DNA of 64,000 nt from NCBI GenBank assembly GCA_951406725.2, contig OX597836.1, positions 4,650,001 through 4,714,000 of the forward strand. Reading direction: 5' to 3'. This document shows, in pieces, positions 1-14,430 of this stretch. The stretch comes from Octopus vulgaris. Taxonomy: Eukaryota. The notes beneath the pieces are model-generated. The model was given only the letters and a program-made list of their open reading frames with translations, was not told the origin of the DNA and ran no database searches. Both the position numbers and the translations under genes were made by a program. The first letter of the stretch is position 1. The number at the start of each line of letters is the position of its first letter.

Positions 1-20
1 CACACACACACATACTATAT

Positions 21-166
21 GCGACAAGCTTCCTTCAGATTTTATCTACCAAATCCACTGACATTCCTCTGGTCAGCCCGCAACTATAACAGAAGACACT
101 CGCACTAGGGCGAACTCGGAACCATGTGGTTGGGGAGCAAGTGTCTTACCACACAACGAAACCTGT
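21..166 (-). mobile_element. tRNA-derived SINE (family A here), 5' portion, diverged
   Basis: Reverse complement matches the head of the copies at 11801, 23268 and 28582-29219 (gtgtggtaag...ccaaccacatggttcc...gtgtcttctg...gtggatttggtaga). Confidence 0.8.
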
Positions 167-585
167 CTTCTCACGTTAACAACACACCAACAAACCGACT
201 GTATTTAGCCTCCCACATTCGTTAAACTAATTATTCTTAAAATTCAGATGTCTGAAAGTCATGGACCGAGTTTTACTGTATATGTGCCAACAATAAAACA
301 AACAAAAAAAACCCAAAATGTGTGAAATTTAGCAGTTAAAGTATTTCGGAATGTAAGTGAGAATGAATCGTTGATACGAGAGTGGAAAATAAAAATGAAA
401 AACAGAACAATTAGAACCGATTAATTAGCCAAATGTAGAGACACTAAAAAGACAAGAATCGAGTTAAAACAATCCAAATATCCGTTGCTGATATCAATTC
501 TTTAGACGACATTTCAATTCTCTCAATCGCGAAAGTGTATATAGCGCGTGAGAATGTATGTCTGCGTGTGTCTGTGCGTGCGGAC

Positions 586-835
<250 letters not shown>

Positions 836-1059
836 ATACAAGCACATTTTTTATAATATTTTTGAAGACTTTCCGTTATATCAACTATGTAACATCTGCA
901 TGGCTTAATGCGCGTATGTGCGAACAATTGCGCACCATTGCGTGTATACGTGCGACAGTGTATACGTCCGCGAGTTCTTGCGTTACTTCTGTCTAAAAAT
1001 CTTGTTTATATCGCATCCTGTCTGATCAACAGACATTAGCTGCCGTTAGTGCGTTAGCA

Positions 1060-2412
<1,353 letters not shown>

Positions 2413-2569
2413 CATTTTCATTACTATTATTGTTGGTCTTGTCATTATTGTCAATATTATTCTCTGAACTCTCAACAGTTGATTTTTATTATTTTTTGCT
2501 TCACCGTGTGTACTATTGTCTACATCATTTTTGTGCTTTATATATTTCTTCTTTTTTTTTTTTTTGCTA

Positions 2570-2659
2570 TTACTCAAAGTGTCCATCACAAGGTGCGTGT
2601 CTGTAAATATATATACGCTGGATACTGTCTGGTGGTTTGCTACAGAGAAAGTTCTGAAT
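2570..2659 (-). CDS. Possible terminal coding exon of an unidentified gene (IQNFLCSKPPDSIQRIYIYRHAPCDGHFE*)
   Basis: On the minus strand a long polypyrimidine tract ends in ...ctacttcaaatag, followed by 29 non-repetitive codons and tandem TAA TAG stops. No homology recognised and no partner exon found. Confidence 0.2.
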   Translation of the reverse strand: MQNFLCSKPPDSIQRIYIYRHAPCDGHFE

Positions 2660-3049
2660 CTATTTGAAGTAGAACAAAGCAACGAAAATGAAAAAAAAAA
2701 AGAGAAAGAAAAAGCGGTAAATGAAGATGAAATTATGTGTGTGAGGTCTTATTCAGGAATTGTATTTTCGCAGCGAGGTGTTTAGACTAGGTCAGGTTTG
2801 ATCAAGCACTCTGTATTCATATATCGCTCTGTATGTCCATCTCATATCAAATTCATTCTCTCCAGCTTTGTCGCCAAGTATGCATACATAGAAATATACA
2901 TACAAATACTGATGCAGACAGTGTGCGAGACTATATTTATATATATATATATACATACATATATGCGTGTGTATACGTGTGTTTTGTGTTTGTGTAAGCG
3001 TGTGTAGAAAGAGATTCGATAAAACGAAAGAACGAGACTGCGAGAGATT

Positions 3050-3096
<47 letters not shown>

Positions 3097-3159
3097 CATT
3101 ACATACATATTTATAAATATGTATATGCATATATATATATATTTATGTATGTATGTATG

Positions 3160-3193
<34 letters not shown>

Positions 3194-3251
3194 TGTATGT
3201 ATGTATATATATATGTATATATGTATATATATATATGTATATATATATATT

Positions 3252-3304
<53 letters not shown>

Positions 3305-3497
3305 ACTGCACAAGGACCATAATGTGTGTCTATAAGCATATATAAATGTACACAGGAACGGAGTAGCATACAAATGGACAGTCACGCCATAGAACTAAAA
3401 TTCTAGCAGAAATATGATGTAATCTAATTGTCTAGGAATATCTCCATTCTCGCAACCGACCATCTATCCAGTGCACGCGCTTGTCCATGGACACTTC

Positions 3498-3545
<48 letters not shown>

Positions 3546-4831
3546 AACACACACCACATACTCATATATAAAATAAAGATTCGTCTAAAGCCGTCCGTCT
3601 TCAAAGACCATTATAATTCAATTATTTCATTTAAGTTGCAGTGTCTATTGTCCGGTACTTCCCACCGGAAATACCAAACGAGAAGGCATCAATTGATGGA
3701 ATCGGTCAATAAAGCGAAATTTTAGATATTTTCGTAGCGGCATGAAAGGAAATTTATGGATACCAAATACTGCAATTACGTGGCTTTTGATCACGTGAGT
3801 GTTTTTGTCTGACAGCCCGGAGTTGTCTTAGGGAACATAATACAACGTAATTTTTTCTGTGTATGTGTGTTTTTACATGTTTGAGTATGCCTGTGTCTGT
3901 ATGCGAAGTAGTATCTGCATGTGTGAGTATGTGTGTAAGAGAGATACAAAATGTGCGTATGTAGGTGTGTGTTTTGGGTTAGTGTGTGATTGTGCCATTG
4001 TCGCTCTGTGTATATACACGTACGGAGACTGTGCTAAGAAAAGCGCACTTCTCAGATGGAATGAGATAATGAATGTTACACAGAAATGTGTAAGGTGTCC
4101 AAACTTACTTCAGTGTATGCGTTTGTATTTTAAGACATACATTTTATATACACACACACATATATGTATATATATATATACAAGTATGAATGTACAAAAA
4201 AATACACGCACACAGAGCTATGATAGATACATAGATAGATAACGACATAGATATCTGTGTTTGTATATTAATAAATTATTTCATACAGGTGTTTATATAT
4301 ATATATATATATATATATATGAGTGTGTGTATGTGTTTACGTGTGTGTATGTAAATATATTTTTATGCGTATGATAAATATATATTTGTGTCCAAAGCTG
4401 GTGCCCTTGAGGGTACTCATATCTTATAGAGAATCGTTCCCCTATATAGATATATGTCAAAATATCTTTATACACGCCTTCACACGCACACATACACACG
4501 CGCGCGCGCACGCACACACATATGTGCACTGACGCACATAAAGAAACACAGACACACATATATAAATAAATATGTACAGATATATATATACACATATATG
4601 TATACATATATATATAGATATATATATATATGTAGATATATATATATATACATACATATATATACATATATATGATATATATATAAATAATATATATATA
4701 GATAGATATATTGATAGATAGATAGACTGATAATAAATAGATATGTATGTGTATTTGTGCGTGTATGTGTACTTCCATATATGTACACATAAATACAGAC
4801 ACATGCATATAAACATGAATGCATGTAACTG

Positions 4832-4867
<36 letters not shown>

Positions 4868-4906
4868 AAAAATGTATGTGTTTATATTATACATATGTGC
4901 ACGCGT

Positions 4907-4954
<48 letters not shown>

Positions 4955-5466
4955 ATGAGTAAGCACTTAAAGAGACTTATATTCACCTCTTGTTTCTAAA
5001 TATATTTCTCACCTAAATTAGTCTCAAAGTTGCGGTTTTCTTTTTACCAATTCCCCAGAAACTTCTCATTCACAGAAGAAAAAAAAAGAGCCCAAGATAA
5101 ATAAAAGAAAAGAAAAGAAAAGAAAAAAGACTTATATACACCTATCTAATTAATCTATTTTTAATCTAATTAGCTATTTATTATTCGATACGGGTATATT
5201 TTTTACTCCTTTTCAATATTGGTATCATTCCCATATTTCATTTTTGCATATTTTCTGTTTCTCACTCATGGCTGAAAGTAATTATAATAATTGTGGTTAA
5301 TTATATGTAATTATGTCGATGAAGTAGCCTTGATTCCGATGCTGCTTCTTTGCACTTAATGCTACCATGGATGTCGATTGGTTCATCAAAGATGTATTAA
5401 CTTTTTTTTTTTCCCCAACTCTTGAAGAACCTCAATTAGTATTGATTACCAGCATATGCGTTACCT

Positions 5467-5700
5467 TTTACTTGTTTCAGTTATTAAACTGTGGCTATTC
5501 AGAGGCACCGCGTTGAAAAAGTTTAGTTGAACTAAACGACCCTAGTTCGTATTCAAGTTTTGAAGCGTGGTACTTACTGATTCGTTTTTTTTTCCTAAAC
5601 TGCTAAGTTACGGGGATCCAAATACTCTGACACAATTACCAACAGATAGTCTATTAAGACATAGAAACACACAAAGAAGCACACACATACACACACGCAC
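5467..5700 (-). mobile_element. SINE family A, diverged 3' half
   Basis: tttacttgtttcagt...gcaccgc...ctgctaagttacgggga is the reverse complement of the 3' part of the 11801-12250 copy. Confidence 0.75.
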
Positions 5701-5753
5701 CCACTTATTCCCCTTTATTTCTCTTTTTCTTACCTCCGGTTTTTTCTGCTATT

Positions 5754-6297
5754 GGTGAGTCAAAAAGTAATGCCATTTTGTTTAGCACAGGTATAATTAC
5801 CAACACAGGAACATGTATCATACATCAAAATGAAGCTGGTCTCTCTGTGGATCACAACCCTACTTCTCAAAACAGTCACCTTTTCTCTCAATAGCAATGT
5901 TCCACCTTTGAATGAGAGCATGTATCCTTGCCCTGGAAAATTATGTTGACTATTCTTTGAGCCACTTCTTCGCTAGAGTTTTCACTTCCTTGTCACTGGA
6001 CTATCATCTCTTCGGCCCCATGAAAGAGGGTTTGAGAGGCAAACATTATTCCAGTGACGAGGAAGTGAAAACTGTAGTGAAGAAATGGCTCAAAGAACAG
6101 TCACAGAATTTTACGGGCAGGAATTCATGCTGTCTTTCGAAGGCGGACGTTGCTATTGAGACGAAACGGTGACTATGTAGAGAAGTAGGGATGTGATCCC
6201 CAAAGGACCAGCTTCATTTTGATGTATGATACATGTTCTTGTGTTGGTAATTATACCTGTCCTAAACAAAATGGCATTACTTTTTGACTCACCCTAG
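5754..6297. mobile_element. Fold-back mariner-derived MITE: two inverted copies of a mariner 3' end
   Basis: Arm 5754-6000 is the reverse complement of arm 6050-6293; the outer ~88 bp differ at 2 positions; the spacer is 49 nt. The plus strand reads DYHLFGPMKEGLRGKHYSSDEEVKTVVKKWLKEQ, a mariner transposase C-terminus. The right end is followed by TA. Confidence 0.9.
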
Positions 6298-7069
6298 TAT
6301 TCCGTGTGTTTATATAATTCGCAATCGCTCTACACAATAAAAGGTTTCTGTTGGGTTTCTAACGAGCAATAAAATACCCATATATTTGTATTAATTAATG
6401 TGAAATTCTTCGAAGCATATTTCTTCAATGGATTTATTCGTACCATACTTTTTGCATGAACCATGCAGGAATATGTCATATCGCTGGAAATCTCGAAATA
6501 ATTTGTCCCTTGATGGTCATAGAGATTCCCGACCTTGTTCTTTGCTTCCATGAAGCCTCGAGATCCTCAATAAAATGTGATGTAAAACGGGTTCATTCTC
6601 TCACGGGTTCCTTGGAAATAAATTCGTGTTGAGGCCGGAGTTTTTATTGTTCTACTTCTCGCGGAGTGTTGAAAAGTATTGTCAACATAGGTAGAATTTG
6701 ATCTCAGAAGGTATCGGGCCGGAAGAAATGTTGCAAACTGTTTTGTCCGACGCGCTAATGATTCTGCCAGCTGAAGTGATAATAATAACTTATTGTCATC
6801 AGGCGAAAGATGTGCAGCATTGTGTTGATACAGAGTTGTTTGTATTGATCGATGTGATTTAATGATATTTGTTTGATCGACTCGAGATGAAAGAATTTGA
6901 AAGAAAAGACAAAACCATCGGGAGTTGAACCATTTATCTTGATCAACAAAGCTAAATTTCTATATAGCAATTTCGTGAAACCTCATCTCATAGGAAATGC
7001 CATGGTGTTAATGAAGTAGCTTCGCGATCTTGCGTTTTTGGTTTCGAACAACAGCTTCGTGCTTTGGGT

Positions 7070-7240
7070 AGAAAGGCGAAGATTTGACAAAATGCTTAGC
7101 GGCACTTCGTCTGTCTTTACGTTCTGTGATCAAATTCTGCCGAGGTCCTTGCCTTTCATCCTTTCTGTGGTTGATAAAAAATGTACCCGGTGATAACTAG
7201 GGTCGAACTGCCCCGAAATACCTAATTGTGAAACCAATAT
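7070..7240 (+). mobile_element. SINE family B, diverged
   Basis: aaatgcttagcggcacttcgtctgtctttacgttctg...aaattctgccgaggtc...gcctttcatccttt matches the reverse complement of the 10164-10382 copy. Confidence 0.8.
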
Positions 7241-8764
7241 TGTAAGCCACACAAAAGTTTTATAACAAAGGGAAAATTTATTTATTTCTCCACGGTACAA
7301 ATCTTCGGTTAAATATTGTTTGGAGACATGCAATGAGGGGTAAAGTTTAATCTCTGGTAAATACAGTGACTTTGTCGGGCACGATAATTGCTCATTAGAT
7401 CTGTTTAGTGAAGAACAGTTACGCAGTAATTACGCCACGTAAGCTGGTCAAGCATTTCTCCAGCTTTGTTTAGAATCTGTAAACCTCAGATAAAAATTTC
7501 AATTGTTGCTGAAACCAACAATGAGGACATCTTTGCAGCCTGGAGTGAAAAACACGATAGCATTCAAATATGCAATCGCTCGCAGACAAACTTGTCTTTA
7601 GACCCATGAAATTAGAGAAAAACCAAGCGAAAACAAAACCATGTTACCGTACCGATATAAAGATCCATTAACAAGTTAGATTTACGAATAATGATAATAA
7701 TAATTTCGAAAAGCAATTAAAAATTGCTGTATTATTTTGCCGAAGTCTTTGTTTTTTATTGACACACCGTTAAAGGCAATTGTGCTAAATACTCCGGTAA
7801 TTATAGGACTGCAACGAGCTCGATTAATGAGTCTTTCAAATTAATGCCACTTTGTACCGCACCAAGTTACAGGAATAAATACAACTAATCTGCGCTTTGT
7901 AGAAACTCTGATATGATTCTTATGAAATTAGACGATTCGATAGAGTTTATTTTGTATCGTTGCCATTTCCCAAACAAAACTGGGTCAAACTTATTAATAT
8001 GAAAATTTATCTAATTCAAAACATAATACTACATTCCAGTGAGGCTTTTAGGTTTCTGCATGTAATGCTTTATAACTTTCTGTTCGCTTAGAATATACTG
8101 TTATAACATCGATAATCTTATCCTACAGTCACTGCGTTGGTGTGTTCGAGTGTTACGCCTTAAATGACCATCAATACCGAATGCTGTCAAAGATATCTAA
8201 ATCTACAACCTATTGGAACAAGGTAAGTCCATGCTTTCAACAACAATACGTGCGTATAAAATGGGCACACATAAATAATTTGACTTAATTAATTTCAGAC
8301 ATAAGCGGAGTTCATTTATACCAGCATTTGGCTGGTATATTATTTTATCTTCGTTGGTTATCGGAAAAACAAGATTATCCCCAGTGGGAAAAAAAAAAAA
8401 ACAAACGTGAAACGAAAAGATTCAAAAGAAATACCGCAATGTATTTAATTTATCCGATAATTTAATGATGTTATATGAAACAAGTGCAAGAATTAAAGTT
8501 TTAAACGAATAAGATCGGAGACATGATCAAAAGATTTTAGAGAATGCAGCAATGCTATGAATAATTACAAACTCATGGAGCAAACTATAAATAATACTGG
8601 AAAGCTCCATGTACAGGGAAGTGGAGAACTCCAAATGTCTCGCTAGATTTGATTAATATTTACTTAGTGTCATCGAGTGCAAAACTAGAAATTAATAAAA
8701 TAAAAGATTTATTTCTTAGCGCAGACAGTGGCACAGAGTATAATACGTACGAAGAGTAGTTATG

Positions 8765-9340
8765 AATAGTTATTATGGATAAATCATAAGAATAGTTCTT
8801 ACTGATAGATGTAATGGATATTTCTTGCAGATAATTCCAACGGATACATCTTATGGATATTCATCATACACATATCTTGTGCTTGATTTTTATATTGCTT
8901 ATGCACAATTCTTATGCGTTTCGTATTCGTTATGAATAATCATTTATTTTCGATATATGTCACAGATATTCCTTATGCATATTTCTGGTAGATATCTCTC
9001 AATGATACTTTATTATTAATGTTCTTTATTCATAGTCCATATGCATAGTTTCTAAGTGTAGTCCTTACATACAGCCCTTATGCAGTGTTCTTACGTATAG
9101 TTCCCATAAATAGCTTTTTTCTCATATCATATAGATATATTTTAAAGATATTTTATGAATAATTCTTAAAGCCATACACATATATTCCTTATGAGTAATT
9201 CATGTGCATAACTTTTATTGATAGAGCTTCTGTATATCCTTCTGGGAAAGTTCTTATAGAGAGACATGGATGGCTCTGATATACAAATGTTATTTTTATG
9301 GGTGGTGACTTTGTATAATGCAAATGGATATTTCTTACCC
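8765..9340. repeat. Highly diverged 13-bp minisatellite, consensus ~GATAGTTCTTATG
   Basis: Exact 13-bp phase at 8765, 8778, 8791, 8804, 8817, 8830, 8843, 8856 and again at 9031, 9044, 9057, 9070, 9083, 9096. Confidence 0.8.
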
Positions 9341-9634
9341 ATCTGAATAAAATAACCTAACGTCACTTGCGACCATTAAGACCAAAAAAAAAACTTTCAT
9401 CATATTGGACGATACTGCTCATAAGTTAGAGTTCTTGAACATGAATGCTTCTACTGCGGTAGCCTAGGGCTAAAAAAGAACGTGTGAGAGTTATATAATG
9501 GTTTCGGATTACATTGTAAAGCCAGCGATATTGTCATACAGGATAAATTTGAATCATCGATACCAGACATTGATCGGTATTTTAATTTGTCAACTACAGT
9601 GAGATTCGAAGGCAGATCAAGAAATGGGATGAAT

Positions 9635-9930
9635 ATCGGTTTAAAATTTCGGCACAAGGCCAGCACGTTCGGGGCAGGCAATAGGCCGATAACATCGATC
9701 TCAGAGCTGGGACTTAATTTATTGACGCCTAGAAGACGAAAGGCAACGTCGACCCTGGTTGATTTTGAACTCAGAAGGCAAAGTCGAGCGAAATGATGCT
9801 AAGAATTTTTCCCGGCGTGCGAACGATTCAGCCCACTCGCCTTTTTGCTCATCTGGTACTTATTTTATCGACCCCGAAATGATAAACTGCAAAATCGACT
9901 CTGCTCACATTTGAACTCAGGACGTAAGAA
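9635..9930 (-). mobile_element. Two adjacent diverged SINE family B fragments
   Basis: The motifs ggcacaaggccagc, ttgaactcag, ccggcgtgc and ctggtacttattttatcgaccccga are shared with other family B copies. Confidence 0.75.
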
Positions 9931-10163
9931 CGGTAGAAGAGCTGCTGACATTTTCATCAGCTTCAGAACTCCAGATTTTTATGTTACCGGAATAAAAAAA
10001 ACTTGTAACTCGTTGGCAAAACTGTGTTGATTGTAATGGTACTTACTTCGATGAATAAAATATCTGCATTGTTGCGATGAATTTCATGTTTCAAAACATT
10101 GCTTACTTCTTATTCAGCCTGAGAGCATTGCACTGGCTTTGTCATAGACGTGATATTAGTACC

Positions 10164-10382
10164 TATTTCTTTACTACCCACAAGGGGCTAAACACAGAGG
10201 GGACAAACAAAGGAATTAAGTCGATTACATCGACCCCAGTGCGTAACTGGTACTTTATTTATCGACCCCGAAAAGATGAAAGGCAAAGTCGACCTCGGCG
10301 GAATTTGAACTCAGAACGTAACGGCAGACACAAATACGACTACGCATTTCGCCCGGCGTGCTAACGTTTCTGCCAGCTCACC
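10164..10382 (-). mobile_element. SINE family B, well-conserved copy with a 17-bp TSD, inserted into an older opposite-strand family B copy
   Basis: Flanks gacgtgatattagtacc (10147-10163) and gacgtgatataagtacc (10383-10399), 16/17 identical. The tRNA-like head carries gagctggcagaaacgttagc and gagttcaaattcc boxes. Confidence 0.9.
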
Positions 10383-11099
10383 GACGTGATATAAGTACCA
10401 GTTACGCACAAGGTTTGATATAATCCGCTGTCCTTCTTCTCTCCAAATTTTCAAGACCTTGCACCTACAGTGGAAATAGTTATATCTAGTTCTCCATTGC
10501 TCCATATGTTAAACGCTATTATTAGACAACAATATGGTGCAATTTATGAAAGTGGGATGTTTTTGGTGCCATTGGTACCAGGCCCAGCGACTACCTATAA
10601 AGACAGTCTTCCACCTGTATGAATCGACTCACCTTTCTTTAATTCTTTGCTCCATGAAGGATAAGCCTTGGAAAGAACGTATACTAATAATCATTCCGTT
10701 CAAAACTTGATAGATTTTGGCAGTTTGTCAAAATAACTTAAGTTCACTCGCATAAAATATGTATCTTAAGGCAGTTCTGTACTTCCATAGAAAATATCTT
10801 GGCACTGCATCATACAACACACATCTTTCATAGTATTACGTCTTTCTTTCATTTTTCTTCATCTTCCATCGTTTTTGCTTCATTCGTTAATTTCATTCTT
10901 CCTCTCAGTCTTCCATCCTTCTTTTCCATCTCACCAATTGTCTCTCTTCTCTACAACTTTTCTACTTTGCTATGTATGCACCTCTGCATCTAACTGCCTA
11001 TATATAACTCCCTCTCTGTATCTGTTCCTGTATAACCTTATCTATCAATCCATCCTATCGTATGATATTGTATGATATATACCTATATCTCTACATATT

Positions 11100-11102
11100 T
11101 AT

Positions 11103-11181
<79 letters not shown>

Positions 11182-11337
11182 CCTATCTATCCATTTATTT
11201 ACCTCTGTGCGTAGCTATCTATCTATTTATCTATCTATCCCTCTATCTACTTCTCTATTTACCCCTCTATCTCTCTATCAATCAATCTATATATCAATCT
11301 ATTTACCGATTTATCTATTTATCTATCTATCTATCTC

Positions 11338-11369
<32 letters not shown>

Positions 11370-11374
11370 CCTAC

Positions 11375-11444
<70 letters not shown>

Positions 11445-11445
11445 G

Positions 11446-11488
<43 letters not shown>
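11100..11488. repeat. (TATC)n microsatellite
   Basis: Seen directly. Confidence 0.95.
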
Positions 11489-11489
<1 letters not shown>

Positions 11490-11800
11490 ACTTCACCTCT
11501 TTTAAAACAGACTTTGGTGTAGTTTCAACTCCTCTTATTATATCATAACATCCATCGCTCATTTACAAATTTTGCCATACAATAGATTCTCAGCTTTTCT
11601 TCTGTGCATTAATCTCTGTTGATACGTTTTCAACAAAACAACGCCAACAAAACTAGTCACTCAATAAACTTTCACCATATATCATGTAATGATATTTATC
11701 ATATAGCATTCATTTGTTTCAGTGATTGGACTGCAGCAATACCTGTGCACCACTTTGAACGGTTTTCGAGAAGAAATTGCTAAGATATATATATATATAT

Positions 11801-12250
<450 letters not shown>

Positions 12251-12294
12251 TATATATATATTGTAAGATTGCACCTACAAAGCATACCTCTAAT

Positions 12295-12500
12295 CACATG
12301 TCCGGGTAAGGAGGTTTATGGAAGACCAGCAGTAACTGATGCACGCCAGCCTCTCCGTGCCACGCCACCAGCGACGTCGCAACTCATTTGTACAGCGGAG
12401 TGAACTGGAGGAACGTGGAATAGAAGTATCTTGCCCAAGTACAAAACACGCAGGCCTATCCGGGAATTGAACCTATGACCTTACGACTGGGAACCCAGAC
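12295..12500 (-). mobile_element. tRNA-derived CORE-like SINE (family D here), diverged
   Basis: The minus strand has B-box ggttcaattcc followed by cttgggcaagatac; the 3' part (tttatggaagac.agcagt) recurs at 16340-16380. Confidence 0.7.
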
Positions 12501-12515
12501 ACATACATATATACT

Positions 12516-12582
<67 letters not shown>

Positions 12583-12703
12583 AGATAGATAGATAGATGA
12601 TAGAGAGATAGACAGATATATATATATATATATACACATATACGTATATAAATAGATAGATATACATTTATATACATACATATATATACATATACACATA
12701 CAT

Positions 12704-12745
<42 letters not shown>

Positions 12746-12965
12746 AGGCATGTATGTATGTATATTTGTGTGTGAGTGTGTGTATACAAATATAAGTGTA
12801 TTTTGCCTCACGAAGCATTATTTTGGACATGTAGCATACGAATTCACAGACACACATCTATACACACACGTACGTATACACTCTCCAACTCACGTCTATA
12901 CACGTCTGTTTGCATACGTACATACACCAATGTGCGTGTGTATGTGTGTGCGTTTGTGTTTTTGC

Positions 12966-13007
<42 letters not shown>

Positions 13008-13727
13008 ATGTAAGTGTGTGTGTGTGTTTCTTAATACATACAAAGAAGCCATCACACATTCTTTTACTCCGTTGATCACAGTAAATACACAAGAAAAGAA
13101 TTTCTTTAGAATATCTCTATTGGTTCCCTGGGCAGCCATATTTTCTCTACAATTCTTCATAGGAATAGTTGAATTTCACTATTAGCAGAGATCTGGATTC
13201 TCTATTGAATAGTTAAAATTGAATATTATTTCCAATAGGTTATAGAATCGCCGTCAATAAAAGTTTGGCTTATTTTATACGCGAGGCAGTAACTTGATCT
13301 TTTTCTAAGTTTAGCTTTAGAATTTTCGAAGATTCATCTTTGGCTCACTCGAACAACTACGAACTTTATTCAAACGTGATTTTTTTTTTCTCCTTTTCAG
13401 TTTGTAATTTTGTGACAAATTCGTGATAAACACTTCTTTTGCTTGCAATATTGGGGATGCACTGTCGTTTTATTGAAAATCTCATACGAATACATAGATA
13501 CGCTAAACACACGCACAAATAGTCAAACACTGGAATCGTGAGATGGCGCACGAACAGTGCATACACATAGACATATATCTGAAAAAAAAACACACACACA
13601 CACACTTTCGAGTTTTCTCACTCTCCCTCTCGCTCTCGCAAACACACATATCTTTTACATTCTGTGCAAGTTCTGGCACATATATGTCAAATCGCTAGGT
13701 ATCTTTTTCTCTCTATGATATACGCTT

Positions 13728-13732
<5 letters not shown>

Positions 13733-13770
<38 letters not shown>

Positions 13771-13927
13771 CTCTCTCCCTCTCTCTCTATCTATAGACAG
13801 ACAGACAGTTAGACAGACAGACGGACATACAGACAGACAGACAAACAGACTGATAGACAGACAAATAGATCGATAGATAGATCGATAGATAGATAAATAG
13901 ATAGATAGATAGATCGATAGATAGATC

Positions 13928-13970
<43 letters not shown>

Positions 13971-14020
13971 GGATGGATGGATGGATGGATGGATGGATGG
14001 ACAGAGAGACAGGCAGACAT

Positions 14021-14098
<78 letters not shown>

Positions 14099-14430
14099 GG
14101 GGAGATAGGTATATAGATATATACATGGATGGATGGAGAGATAGATTGATAGATAGATAGATGTGCGTTTGTCTGTGTGCGTCTGTATGTGTGTGAGTCT
14201 ATTAGTGAGTGAGTGAATAAGTTAATGAACACACGAACACACGTACACATGCACGCATGCACACACACGCACACACTCACACACACATGGTGATACACAT
14301 ACACGCACGCACACACACTCACATGCACACACACACAAGTACACACACATACACACACACACATGCTCACACACGCATACACACATGCACAGACACACAA
14401 ACACACAAACACACACACTCACACACACGT
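13733..14430. repeat. Compound (CT)n/(GACA)n/(GATA)n/(GATG)n/(CA)n microsatellite block
   Basis: Seen directly. Confidence 0.95.

Noticed and set aside
8765-9340. CRISPR-like or coding interpretation of the periodic region
   Set aside because: Eukaryotic context, no repeat-spacer alternation, and a period of 13 that is incompatible with codon periodicity.
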